Source of the DNA: Actinomycetota bacterium
GTDB lineage: Bacteria > Actinomycetota > Thermoleophilia > Gaiellales > Gaiellaceae
DNA: 64,000 nt
Assembly: GCA_046727975.1 (NCBI GenBank)
Contig: JBKPDR010000004.1
Span: 47,819-111,818, forward strand
Direction of reading: 5' to 3'
The position numbers were made by a program, and so were the translations under genes. The notes under the pieces are model-generated. The model was not told the DNA's origin. It made no database searches and worked only from the letters and a program-made list of their open reading frames with translations. Of the stretch, positions 26,803 to 35,437 are shown piece by piece. Every line of letters starts with the position of its first letter. Within the stretch, counting starts at the first letter, position 1.

Positions 26803-27772
26803 CTAGGGAGGCACGGCGAGCTCAGATCCGATGCTCTCTTGTTCCTCCATGCCCCGCTTGTAGAAAGCTTCGAAGCGAGACTCGCCGAGATCAAGCCGCG
26901 CGCGCTCGGCATACGACCAACAGAGCTGCTCTTCGAACGGGCCGAATAGCTCGAGACCACTCTCTCGGAGCTTGCCCTCTGCTGCGCCGAACAACAGCGC
27001 GGCCCGCTCGGCGTCTCCCTGGACCGCCGCGAGCATCCCGGCGACTCGCAGCGCCCGGATCTCAATCGAATAGTCTCGAAGGCCGGGTATCGTGATGAGG
27101 GCTTCGCGCAGCACGCTCGCCGCCTCAGCTGGTCTGCCGAGTAGCACCTCACATTCGGCCGACACAAGCCGCGCGTCGGCAGCATCACCGTGGGAGCCCG
27201 CGCTTTCGTAAACGGCGGGTCTCGAGGCGCTCGCCCGCGTACTCCCGGATCGTCTCCAGCATCCAGTAGCGCTCGCTCGTAAAGCGAAGAACACGCTTCT
27301 CGACGAGCGAGTGCAGGGTGTCGAGGTCGGCGTCGGCCACCTCTTCGGCCGCTTCCAGGGTGCAGCCGCCCGCGAAGACGGATAGGGAGCGGAAGAGGCG
27401 CTGCTCCTCGGGGGTGAGCAGGTCGTAGCTCCACTCGATCGCGGCTCTGAGCGTCTGCTGGCGGGGGTCGGCGTCGTGGCCTCCCCTGAGCAGGTCGAGA
27501 CGGGAGGAGAGGGCGCCCCAGGATCTGCGCCGGGGAGAGCGCCTTCGTCCGCGCGGCCGCGAGCTCGACCGCGAGCGGGAGGTGCGTCCCCCTGCGTGTC
27601 GACCTCGACGCCGCCTTGCGTAGCCCACGCCTCGCGCACGATCAGGCGGTGTTCGGCGAGCGCACCCGCGTACCGCTCTGCGCCCAGCTCGCGCAGGAGC
27701 TTCGTCGAGCCCTCGACATCGGTGAAGAGAAAGGTGACCGTTCCGGAGGGGAGGTCGCACGAGCTGAATCAT
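26803..27772 (-). pseudogene. Decayed adenylate-cyclase/ATPase/TPR-type regulator
   Basis: Homology fragments lie in three different frames. GTVTFLFTDVEGSTKLLRELG...VEVDTQGDA is a class III cyclase N-terminus. It joins directly to LPLAVELAAARTKALSPAQILG, then after a frameshift to SSRLDLLRGGHDADPRQQTLRAAIEWSYDLLTPEEQRLFRSLSVFAGG...ETIREYAGERLE, then after another shift to a short TPR tail. Most of the cyclase and the whole ATPase domain are missing. Confidence 0.65.
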
Positions 27773-27793
27773 GTGCCAGCCCGCGCGAGGCGG

Positions 27794-27943
27794 CTAGTGG
27801 CGGGAGCGGCGCCTGCGGTGAAGCCACTCGTTCAGATCGCCGAGCAGGATCACCGCGAGAAAGACGAGCCCGACGACGAGCATCGAGACGACGATGTCCT
27901 TGCCTTCCTCCGCTGCGTCGGCGAGAAGGAGCGCCCCGCTCAT
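27794..27943 (-). CDS. Small (49 aa) single-TM protein, not in ORF track
   Basis: ATG at 27943, TAG at 27796..27794. MSGALLLADAAEEGKDIVVSMLVVGLVFLAVILLGDLNEWLHRRRRSRH. Nearly every third codon position is G/C, as in real genes here. Starts 11 nt after the upstream gene stop. Confidence 0.4.
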   Translation of the reverse strand: MSGALLLADAAEEGKDIVVSMLVVGLVFLAVILLGDLNEWLHRRRRSRH

Positions 27944-27954
27944 CGAGCGCGACT

Positions 27955-28482
27955 CTATCCGACGAGACGGGCGTGCGCCGCGAGCGCCCGCTCGACCTTT
28001 TCCTCTCCCGCCGCGTCCCGCGCAACTCGCTCGAGCGGCTCCGGATCGCCGTGTGCGCCGAGGGCCTCACGGGCATCCTCGAGCCCGCCCGAGCCGAGAC
28101 GCGCGACAGTCGCGGCCCAAGCGGCAGCGTCACCGTCCCTGCCGTCCGCGCGTGAACGCGCGCACAAGGAGATCAGCTCCGCAAGGTCGTTGACTGCCGC
28201 GACGTTGCCCGTCGCCGCAACTCGCACGAGCCCGTGGGCGTAGAGGTAGTCGCCGAGGAGGAGTGCGGTATCGGGATCCTGCGGCGCGAAGAGCCGCGGC
28301 CGCCCGTAATGGACGAGATATCCCTCGTAGATCGTCTCCACGCCGAGCGCGTGCTCCGCAGGGCCGAGCGGCGAGAAGATCGGCTCGAGGCGACGCGCGG
28401 CCGGCGGGAGGAGCGCATCCCCCCAGAGCGGGCTCTCCGCGGCGGCCTCGTCGGCGATCGTCTCCCACACGGCGGGGACCAC
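27955..28482 (-). CDS. Hypothetical protein (175 aa)
   Basis: ORF 27955..28482, GTG start adjacent to the upstream stop. Coding-like GC3. A LLLGDYLYAHGL segment faintly recalls polyprenyl-synthase helices. No confident family. Confidence 0.55.
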   Translation of the reverse strand: MVPAVWETIADEAAAESPLWGDALLPPAARRLEPIFSPLGPAEHALGVETIYEGYLVHYGRPRLFAPQDPDTALLLGDYLYAHGLVRVAATGNVAAVNDLAELISLCARSRADGRDGDAAAWAATVARLGSGGLEDAREALGAHGDPEPLERVARDAAGEEKVERALAAHARLVG

Positions 28483-29682
28483 TCAGTCCGAGCCGCTGAC
28501 CGCTCGCGGAGGCTCCGCGGGCGGCGCCTCGAGCTCGACCTCGACCGGCACCTCGGGCCCGCCCTCGTCCCATCGCTCCAGCCGGACGCGCCCGCTGAAG
28601 AAGCCCCAGATTGCCCGCAGGCCTGCCATGGTCGGCAGCGCGATGAGGACGCCGGGAATGCCGTACAGCTCCCCGCCTGCAAGGAGCCCGAAGATCACGA
28701 GGAGTGGGTGTAGCCGCAGGGCGCTCGCCATCACGTTCGGGACGACGACGTGCCCTTCGACCTGGTAGATGAAGAGGAACAGCAGCGCGACCCAGATGAC
28801 GCCGATCGGCTCGACGAAGAGCGCGTAGATCACCGGCGGCACGGCCGAGAGCCAGGGACCGATGTACGGGATCACCTCGATGAAGGCCGTCCAGAGGCCG
28901 AAGAGCAAGGCGTAGTCCTCGGCCCCGTCGACGAGGCCGGTGACGCCCAGGATGTACATGCCGACGCCGGCGCTCGTGCCGATGACCGTCGAGAGGATGG
29001 CCTGTCCTTTCACATAGCCCCAGAGCGCGCTCTCGATCTGCTGCGTCAGGGGCGGTCCGCCGTGCGGTGGGAAGCGGGTGTCGATCGCGCGCTCGAGCCT
29101 CGGCATGTCGAGGAGCATGTAGATCGAGATGACGACGATGAGGATGATCGAGAACAAGAGGAACACGACGGAGAGCGCGGCGCCCTGCGCGAACGAGATC
29201 GCGTCCTGCACGTAGCCAGAGATCTCCCCGGCGCCGAGCGAGTCGATCCAGTCGTTCACCTGCTCCCGGATCTGGATCTGCTCGAGCCCGTGATCGTCGA
29301 GCCAGACCTGGAGGCCGTCGATGTCCTCCTCGGCGCCTGTCTTCCCGGTCTCGGGGCTCTCCTCGGTGACGTACTGGTCGATCCGGTCGGAGGCCTCACG
29401 CGTCTGGTCGACCGCGACGGCCCCGATCGCGATCAGCAGCGCCGCGACGGCCGACGCGAAGACGAGGTAGACGATCGCGACAGCCAGCCCTCGCGGCACC
29501 TTCAGCCGCGTCAGGTCTCGCACGAGCGGGTTGAGCCCGAATGCGATCACCGACGCGGTCAGGAAGAGGAAGAGCGCGTGTCCGAGCGTGCTTGCGAGGA
29601 GGAGAACCACGACAGCGAGCACGGGCAGCCCAACGAGCTGGATCCACCGCGGGATCTGGATCGTCGGCCCTGGGCCGGCCAT
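28483..29682 (-). CDS. AI-2E family transporter (PerM/UPF0118)
   Basis: ORF 28483..29682 (399 aa). Eight predicted TM helices and the conserved IPYIGP / HPLLVIFGLLAGGELYGIPG blocks. Confidence 0.85.
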   Translation of the reverse strand: MAGPGPTIQIPRWIQLVGLPVLAVVVLLLASTLGHALFLFLTASVIAFGLNPLVRDLTRLKVPRGLAVAIVYLVFASAVAALLIAIGAVAVDQTREASDRIDQYVTEESPETGKTGAEEDIDGLQVWLDDHGLEQIQIREQVNDWIDSLGAGEISGYVQDAISFAQGAALSVVFLLFSIILIVVISIYMLLDMPRLERAIDTRFPPHGGPPLTQQIESALWGYVKGQAILSTVIGTSAGVGMYILGVTGLVDGAEDYALLFGLWTAFIEVIPYIGPWLSAVPPVIYALFVEPIGVIWVALLFLFIYQVEGHVVVPNVMASALRLHPLLVIFGLLAGGELYGIPGVLIALPTMAGLRAIWGFFSGRVRLERWDEGGPEVPVEVELEAPPAEPPRAVSGSD

Positions 29683-29763
29683 GCGCGTGATGCTACAGCG
29701 GGCCTAACGCGGCTCCGCGATGGGGCGAGAAGCCCGCGGGCGACCTTGCTACGGTCCCCCGCG

Positions 29764-30528
29764 ATGACGACACCCCGCTCACGGCACGCAGCCAGGCTTC
29801 GTGCCCACCGGCGCCGGGCACAGGCGCGTGCGCGGTGGTTCGTGCTCGCGGTAGCGGTCGGAATCCTGGGCGTGGTGACGCTGGTCGTGTCCGCGTTCGG
29901 GAACGATCGGTCGAGCGGCTCTCCGCTGGCCACCGCGACGCCGAGTGCGCCTATAACGTCCGCCCCGCCGGAGCCTCAATGGCTGGCGGCCGTGGGAAAC
30001 CTGCGAATCCAGTCTCCGATCGCCGAGGGCGGGGTGACCGCGGTCGGATTCCACGGAAGCGACGACGGGGCGCTCGTGCTTCAGCCCGTCGGACCGCAGG
30101 CGAACGAGGGTCTGCTGGCACGGCTCTGGCACCGCATCACGGGCTCGGAGCACGAGGGCTTCGCCTGGTACCAGCTCGAGAGCGGCGATCTGCGGACGAT
30201 CGACGTCGGAGCGGTCGCCGGAACGGACGTCTATTCCCCCGTCGACGGTACCGTCATCGCGATTCGGGAGCACGTCATCTCCGGACGCGCGGTCGGAGCC
30301 GAAATCGAGCTGCGGCCGTCGTCCGCTCCGTCGCTGGTCGTCGCCCTCCAGAACGTGGCAGCGGACCCGGCCCTGAGCGTCGGGGCGAACGTCGCGGCCG
30401 GATCTTCGAAGCTGGGCACCGTCGTCGACATCGGCGCGGTGGAGGACCAGGCACTCGCCGACTACGCCCCCGACAGGGGGAACAACGTCGCGATCGAGGT
30501 CTTCCCGGCGACCCTCGGCGTCCCTTAA
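29764..30528 (+). CDS. Membrane-anchored protein with degenerate LytM/M23-like barrel
   Basis: Internal ATG at 29764 (MTTPRSRHAARL...) of ORF 28750..30528. One TM helix. The DVYSPVDGTVIAI motif resembles M23 peptidases, but the metal-binding histidines are not evident. Confidence 0.45.
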   Translation: MTTPRSRHAARLRAHRRRAQARARWFVLAVAVGILGVVTLVVSAFGNDRSSGSPLATATPSAPITSAPPEPQWLAAVGNLRIQSPIAEGGVTAVGFHGSDDGALVLQPVGPQANEGLLARLWHRITGSEHEGFAWYQLESGDLRTIDVGAVAGTDVYSPVDGTVIAIREHVISGRAVGAEIELRPSSAPSLVVALQNVAADPALSVGANVAAGSSKLGTVVDIGAVEDQALADYAPDRGNNVAIEVFPATLGVP

Positions 30529-30540
30529 CCTTCGCGACCC

Positions 30541-31323
30541 CTGAGAATCCTCTTCATCGCCGATGTCGTCGGACCCCCTGGGCGCGGAGCGGTCGAAGCG
30601 CGGCTGCGCCAGCTCCGCGCGGAGCTGGAAGCGGACGTCTGCGTCGTCAACGGCGAGAACCTCGCCGACGGAGTGGGCATCACGCCGCGACTCGCCGAGC
30701 GCCTGCTCGCGGCGGGGGCGGACGCGATCACGCTCGGAAACCACGCGTTTCGGCGGACCGAGATCGGTCCGTACCTCGACTCCTCGGAGCGGGTCATCCG
30801 CCCTGCGAACACATCGAGGAGCACGCCGGGCCGAGGGCTGACGATCGTTCCTGCCGAGAACGGGACGCGGCTCGCCGTGATCAACGTCCTCGGATCTCTC
30901 TTCCTGCATCCGGCGACCTCGATGTTCGAGATGATCGATGGCCTGGTCGAAGAGGCGAGACGCGAGACGTCGGTCATCCTCGTGGACGTGCACGCCGAGG
31001 CTACGAGCGAGAAGATCGCGCTCGCGAAATGGCTCGACGGGAGAGTGACTGCGGTCGTCGGCACGCACACGCACGTCCAGACCGCGGACCCCCAAGTCCT
31101 CGCCAGGGGTACCGCGTTCATCACGGACGCAGGCATGACCGGACCTCACGACTCGGTCATCGGGGTCGAGTCGGATCTTGCGATCCAGCGCATGCGCACA
31201 GGGATGCCGGTCCGGTTCCAGACGGCGACAGGCGACGTCCGCATCGAGGGTGCGTTGATCGAATGCGACCCCGAGACAGGACGGGCAAGCTCGATCCGCG
31301 CCGTGCGCGTCCCGCATCCATAG
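30541..31323 (+). CDS. YmdB-like metallophosphoesterase (2',3'-cyclic-nucleotide phosphodiesterase family)
   Basis: The ORF track starts at GTG 30673, but family homology (LRILFIADVVGPPGRGAV...VVNGENLADGVGIT) begins at CTG 30541, 13 nt after the upstream TAA. GNHAF and GTHTHVQTAD motifs are present. Confidence 0.72.
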   Translation: MRILFIADVVGPPGRGAVEARLRQLRAELEADVCVVNGENLADGVGITPRLAERLLAAGADAITLGNHAFRRTEIGPYLDSSERVIRPANTSRSTPGRGLTIVPAENGTRLAVINVLGSLFLHPATSMFEMIDGLVEEARRETSVILVDVHAEATSEKIALAKWLDGRVTAVVGTHTHVQTADPQVLARGTAFITDAGMTGPHDSVIGVESDLAIQRMRTGMPVRFQTATGDVRIEGALIECDPETGRASSIRAVRVPHP

Positions 31324-31344
31324 TGGCGTCTTAAGCTTGGAGGC

Positions 31345-32553
31345 GTGCTCTACAGCCCGGAGGCGTTCGAGCCGCTGGCAGACGCGGTCTGGGAGGAGGC
31401 GCGCGTCGCTGACGCGATCCGCGAGATCGTCAAGGACACGGAGGACGCGCTGCGCGGCCCGAAGCTGCTCTGGCGCGCGGATCCCTGGGACAGCTGGCAC
31501 GCGACCAGCCCGATGAAGTGCCTGTACGTCGGAGCCGCCGGTGTCATCTGGGCACTCGACGCGCTCTGCGGGCGGGGACACGCCGAAACCAGGCTCGACC
31601 TTCCCACTCTCGCGGTGCAGACGCTGGAGCTCTTCCGCACGAGGCCCGACCTGCTGAAGGGCACGAAGCTTCCCGACCCGCCCGAGTCGGCGCTCCTCAA
31701 CGGTGAGACCGGGATCCTGCTCGTCGCCTGGCGACTCGCGCCGAACGCGGAGCTGGCCGACGCGCTGCTCGAGCACGTGTACGCGAACGTCGACAACGAG
31801 GCCGACGAGCTGATGTGGGGGACGCCCGGCACGCTCCACGCCGCCCGCACGATGCTCGAGTGGACCGGCGAGAGCCGCTGGCGGGAGGCATGGCTGGAGA
31901 GCGCCGACGCCCTGTGGTCGCGGCGCGGCGAAGACGGCCTCTGGGTGCAGCGCCTGTACGGCCAGGAGCTCAGGAGCCTCACACCTCCTCACGGGCTCGT
32001 CGGCAACGTCCACGTGCTCTTGCGCGGCGACGACTTGCTCCGCGCGGAACGACGCAGGGTCTTGACAAGGGACACGAACGCCGTTCTCGAGCGAACCGCC
32101 GTGACGGAAGACGGCCTGGTGAACTGGCCACCGCGTTCACGCCCGGAACTGCCAGGCCCCGACGGCCAGAGCCGACTCCAGTGGTGCGCCGGCGCGCCGG
32201 GCATCGTCATTGGAGCGGCGCAGTACCTCGACGAGGGCCTGCTCCTGGCCGGCGCAGAGCTGACCTGGCGCGCGGGCCCGCACAGCCTGGAGAAGGGCCC
32301 GGGCATCTGCCACGGCACGGCCGGAAACGGCTATGCGTTCCTCAAGGTCTTCGACCGCACGGGTGACGAGGTCTGGCTCGACCGGGCCCGTCGTTTCGCC
32401 ATGCACGCACTCGACCAGGTTCGTCGACTCCGGGCAGAGCGGGGACGCGGTCGCTACTCGCTCTGGACTGGAGACATCGGAGCTGCACTCTTTGCCGCCG
32501 ACTGCCTCGACTCCAAGACGTCGTACCCGGTGGTCGACTCCTGGGACTGGTAG
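31345..32553 (+). CDS. LanC-like (lanthionine synthetase C-like) protein, stand-alone
   Basis: ORF 31345..32553 (402 aa). Motifs GAAG, QWCAGAPG (WCxG), ICHGTAGNGY (CHG) and a SLWTGDIG tail. Confidence 0.72.
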   Translation: MLYSPEAFEPLADAVWEEARVADAIREIVKDTEDALRGPKLLWRADPWDSWHATSPMKCLYVGAAGVIWALDALCGRGHAETRLDLPTLAVQTLELFRTRPDLLKGTKLPDPPESALLNGETGILLVAWRLAPNAELADALLEHVYANVDNEADELMWGTPGTLHAARTMLEWTGESRWREAWLESADALWSRRGEDGLWVQRLYGQELRSLTPPHGLVGNVHVLLRGDDLLRAERRRVLTRDTNAVLERTAVTEDGLVNWPPRSRPELPGPDGQSRLQWCAGAPGIVIGAAQYLDEGLLLAGAELTWRAGPHSLEKGPGICHGTAGNGYAFLKVFDRTGDEVWLDRARRFAMHALDQVRRLRAERGRGRYSLWTGDIGAALFAADCLDSKTSYPVVDSWDW

Positions 32554-34259
32554 CGCGTCGGCTGCGCAGGGAGGAGCAGCCAGAGGAGGACGAACGGGAC
32601 GACCCACGGTAGGTAGAGGTAGAACCAGTGGGTCAGCGGGAGCTGGAACGCGACGAGGACCGCAGCGGTCAGCGCCGCGAGCTCGACGGGTCCCTTGCGG
32701 CGGGGAACGACGGCGACGGCCAGAGCCAGAACGACGGCCAGGACCGCGAGCACGGGCTTCCCGGGTGCGAGATCGGGGATCCCCGCCGCGTGGTACTGGC
32801 CCCAATCCCAGAGCGAGAAAGGCGAGTGGCGCCCGAACTGGAAGTCGATCGTCCGGTCCCAGAAGGTCCGCAGCGCGGTCCAGAGGCTCGGCTCGAGGAG
32901 CAGGATGCCGAAGGCCGCGACACTCGTCGCGGCGAAAGCAAGCGCGAAGCGACCGGCGCCTCCACGCCGGAACCGCGGATACGTCGCCCAGAGCGGTGCG
33001 ACGAGGAGGGCGCCGAACTTCGTCCAGCCCGCGAGCCCGACCGCCGTTCCCCGGGCCCAGGGCGACGAGACGAGCCAGAACCCCCACACGAGGGCCGCCG
33101 GCAGAATCGTGTCGTTCGTGTTCGCGTTGAGCGTGTATGCCGTGAAGGGATAGGCAACCCAGCCAAACGCGAGCGCAGCCGCCAGCCTGCTGCCTCCGAA
33201 GCGCAGCCCGACGAGGACGAGACCGAGCAGCGTCAACAGGTCGAATGCGATCGAGGTCGCATGCGCGGCAGGGAGCGAATCCCACTTCCCGCTCCACCCG
33301 AACGCAAGGTAGGCCGGAACGTATGCGAGGTACGCAACCGGCCCGTACGTGTCCCCGTGCTCGTTCGCGGACTCGCAGCGCCCGTTCGTCTGAATTCGAT
33401 CTCGCACATCCCCCTCGGCGTCAGCCGGCCCGCACGGCTCGAGGGCGTCGCGGACGGGCATGTGCCCGTAGGGAGCCTCACCGTTGGCGATCCGGTTCGC
33501 GCCAATCACCCCGGCAAGGCCGACGTCGATGACGCCGCGAGGCGACTGGATGTTCAGCCCCACCCGAAAACCGACGAGAAACACGGCGGCGACCGCGAGC
33601 GCCCACACGGGCCAAACCGGTCGCAGGCGGTCTCCCCTCCCGCGAATACCCACCCAGAGCCCCCGCCCGAGGAGATACACGAGGGGTGGGTACACGAGGG
33701 GAACGCTTCGGAAGATCTCACCACGGTTGAAGAACGCGAGGGAGACGGAAAACGCGACGAGCGCAAGCAGATCGAAGTTGCGAACCGAGAGCGGCTTCCG
33801 GAGATCGGCGAGCCCGAGGAGAAAGAGGACGCAGAGCGATACCCAGACGTACGGGTTCATCAGGGTCTTCCCGCCGAAGGCGCCCTTTCGCCCGCGCGCC
33901 ATCTTCCACGCGACCTGGGGGCCCGTCCAGGCCTCGGTCACGCGTCCGGTGGTGTCCTCGACCGTGGCGAGGGCAATCTCGCCCGCCTCCCCCGACCAGG
34001 CCCTCACCACCCAGGTTCGGGTCTCGTGACGAAACGTCGCCGACGTCGTGGGATCGGGCGGATAGCGCCGGAGCCACGCCGTAACCTTGGGCTGCTCGAG
34101 CGCGGCGCGCGTTGCCTCGTCTTCGGTGAGCCGAGACGGTTCCTTCGTCGCGGGTGCTCCGAGAGGGGCGGCGTGGGTTCCGGCCCTGGTCGTGCCCGCG
34201 ACCGCCGGTGAGACCAGCGTGAGAGCAGCGGCGGCGGCAAGCCCTCCTAGTGCCGCCAA
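32454..34259 (-). CDS. Polytopic GT-C-type glycosyltransferase-like membrane protein (DUF2029-like) with N-terminal PepSY-like domain
   Basis: In frame with ORF 32454..34754. The TTG at 34259 gives the signal/TM (M)AALGGLAAAAALTLV. About 12 TM helices. The start is uncertain (CTG 34277 is the alternative). The 3' end overlaps the convergent LanC-like gene by 100 nt. Confidence 0.6.
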   Translation of the reverse strand: MAALGGLAAAAALTLVSPAVAGTTRAGTHAAPLGAPATKEPSRLTEDEATRAALEQPKVTAWLRRYPPDPTTSATFRHETRTWVVRAWSGEAGEIALATVEDTTGRVTEAWTGPQVAWKMARGRKGAFGGKTLMNPYVWVSLCVLFLLGLADLRKPLSVRNFDLLALVAFSVSLAFFNRGEIFRSVPLVYPPLVYLLGRGLWVGIRGRGDRLRPVWPVWALAVAAVFLVGFRVGLNIQSPRGVIDVGLAGVIGANRIANGEAPYGHMPVRDALEPCGPADAEGDVRDRIQTNGRCESANEHGDTYGPVAYLAYVPAYLAFGWSGKWDSLPAAHATSIAFDLLTLLGLVLVGLRFGGSRLAAALAFGWVAYPFTAYTLNANTNDTILPAALVWGFWLVSSPWARGTAVGLAGWTKFGALLVAPLWATYPRFRRGGAGRFALAFAATSVAAFGILLLEPSLWTALRTFWDRTIDFQFGRHSPFSLWDWGQYHAAGIPDLAPGKPVLAVLAVVLALAVAVVPRRKGPVELAALTAAVLVAFQLPLTHWFYLYLPWVVPFVLLWLLLPAQPTRYQSQESTTGYDVLESRQSAAKSAAPMSPVQSE

Positions 34260-34702
34260 CGCGGGCCGAACGACCAGAGCTTGTTGCCGATGAAGTTCAC
34301 CGGCGTCACGAGCACGATCGCGATCGCCTGCGCGGCGACCTTGTCGACGCCGGCTTCGACGTAGAGCTGGAGCACCACGAGGTTCGCGCCGAGCGCGAGG
34401 AGCGAGACGACGAAGAACCTCATACCCTGGTATGCGTAGTGGCCACGCTGCGAGCGGAACGTCCAGAGCCGGTTCCAGGTGTAGTTGTTGGTCACAGCCA
34501 CGAGGAACGAGCAGACCGCCGCGGGGATGTAGTGCACGCCGAAGACCTTGAGGAGCAACGTGTAGACGGCGAGGTTGACGACGTAGCCGCTCAGCCCGAC
34601 GAGGCAGAACTTGACCAGCTGCTCCCAGTTTCCACGCCGGCGAAGCGCGGCGTTCACGCGCGCGCGCGAAATTCCCGCCCTGACCTGCGCCGACGGATCC
34701 AC
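34247..34702 (-). CDS. GtrA-family membrane protein
   Basis: ORF 34247..34702 (151 aa). Four TM helices and the NYxxNRxWTF motif (NNYTWNRLWTF). Confidence 0.85.
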   Translation of the reverse strand: MDPSAQVRAGISRARVNAALRRRGNWEQLVKFCLVGLSGYVVNLAVYTLLLKVFGVHYIPAAVCSFLVAVTNNYTWNRLWTFRSQRGHYAYQGMRFFVVSLLALGANLVVLQLYVEAGVDKVAAQAIAIVLVTPVNFIGNKLWSFGPRWRH

Positions 34703-34750
34703 AGACGCCGAGAGTAGCCGAGTACCCGGTTATAGCGACCCCCGGACGGG

Positions 34751-35401
34751 TCACGCCCGCTCGAAGCCTCCGACGCCGACGAGGGGAACGAAGCGGCAGG
34801 GAACGGACGTACGTTCGACGGGCCCATCCTCGGTCTTGACGACCTGCACGAGATCCTGGCCCCAGCGCGATCCTTGCGGCAGCACGAGGCGTCCCTCGAT
34901 CACGAGCTGCTCGTAGAGCGCCTCGGGAATGGTCGGAGCCGCTGCAGCAACCGCGATCGCCTCGTAGGGCGCCTTGTCGGTAACACCCAGGGAGCCGTCC
35001 CCGAGGCGCACGTCGACGTCCGTGTAACCGGCCTCGACGAGTGCGGTGCGTGCTCGCTCGACGAGCTCGGGGACGCGCTCGATCGTGACCACCTCCGAGG
35101 CAAGCTCGGCGAGCACCGCCGCCTGGTAACCGGATCCCGTTCCGACGTCGAGGACGCGCTCGCCGCCCGTGAGCTCGAGAAGCGAGCAGATCACGGCGAC
35201 GATATACGGCTGCGAGATCGTTTGGCCGTACCCGATCGGCAGAGCACCGTCTTCGTATGCGAGGTCGCGTAGATCCTCCGGCACGAACAGCTCGCGGGGG
35301 ACACGCCCCATGGCCGCGAGGACCCGCTCGTCGGCGATCCCCCGCCGCCGAAGCTGGCGCTCGACCATGAGGCGGCGAGCTTCGACCGGGTCAGCGGGCA
35401 C
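34751..35401 (-). CDS. pcm: Protein-L-isoaspartate O-methyltransferase
   Basis: ORF 34751..35401 (216 aa). TISQPYIVA and LDVGTGSGYQAAVLA motifs. Confidence 0.9.
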   Translation of the reverse strand: MPADPVEARRLMVERQLRRRGIADERVLAAMGRVPRELFVPEDLRDLAYEDGALPIGYGQTISQPYIVAVICSLLELTGGERVLDVGTGSGYQAAVLAELASEVVTIERVPELVERARTALVEAGYTDVDVRLGDGSLGVTDKAPYEAIAVAAAAPTIPEALYEQLVIEGRLVLPQGSRWGQDLVQVVKTEDGPVERTSVPCRFVPLVGVGGFERA

Positions 35402-35437
35402 CGTCGAGCCGAGGATCGGAACGGGCGGTGGCCCGCC

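Noticed and set aside
30526-30528. Stop-codon reassignment or programmed read-through as a general explanation for genes that start right after in-frame stops (30526 TAA, 63597 TAG)
   Set aside because: Across the window TAA, TAG and TGA all terminate proteins at positions matching the expected family C-termini. The only well-supported recoding case is the single TGA in the SelW-like gene. Read-through remains only a minor possibility for the proline-racemase case.
29779-32013. A 744-aa minus-strand ORF
   Set aside because: It lies antisense to three plus-strand genes with clear family motifs (LytM-like, YmdB-like, LanC-like). It is a GC-rich artefact.
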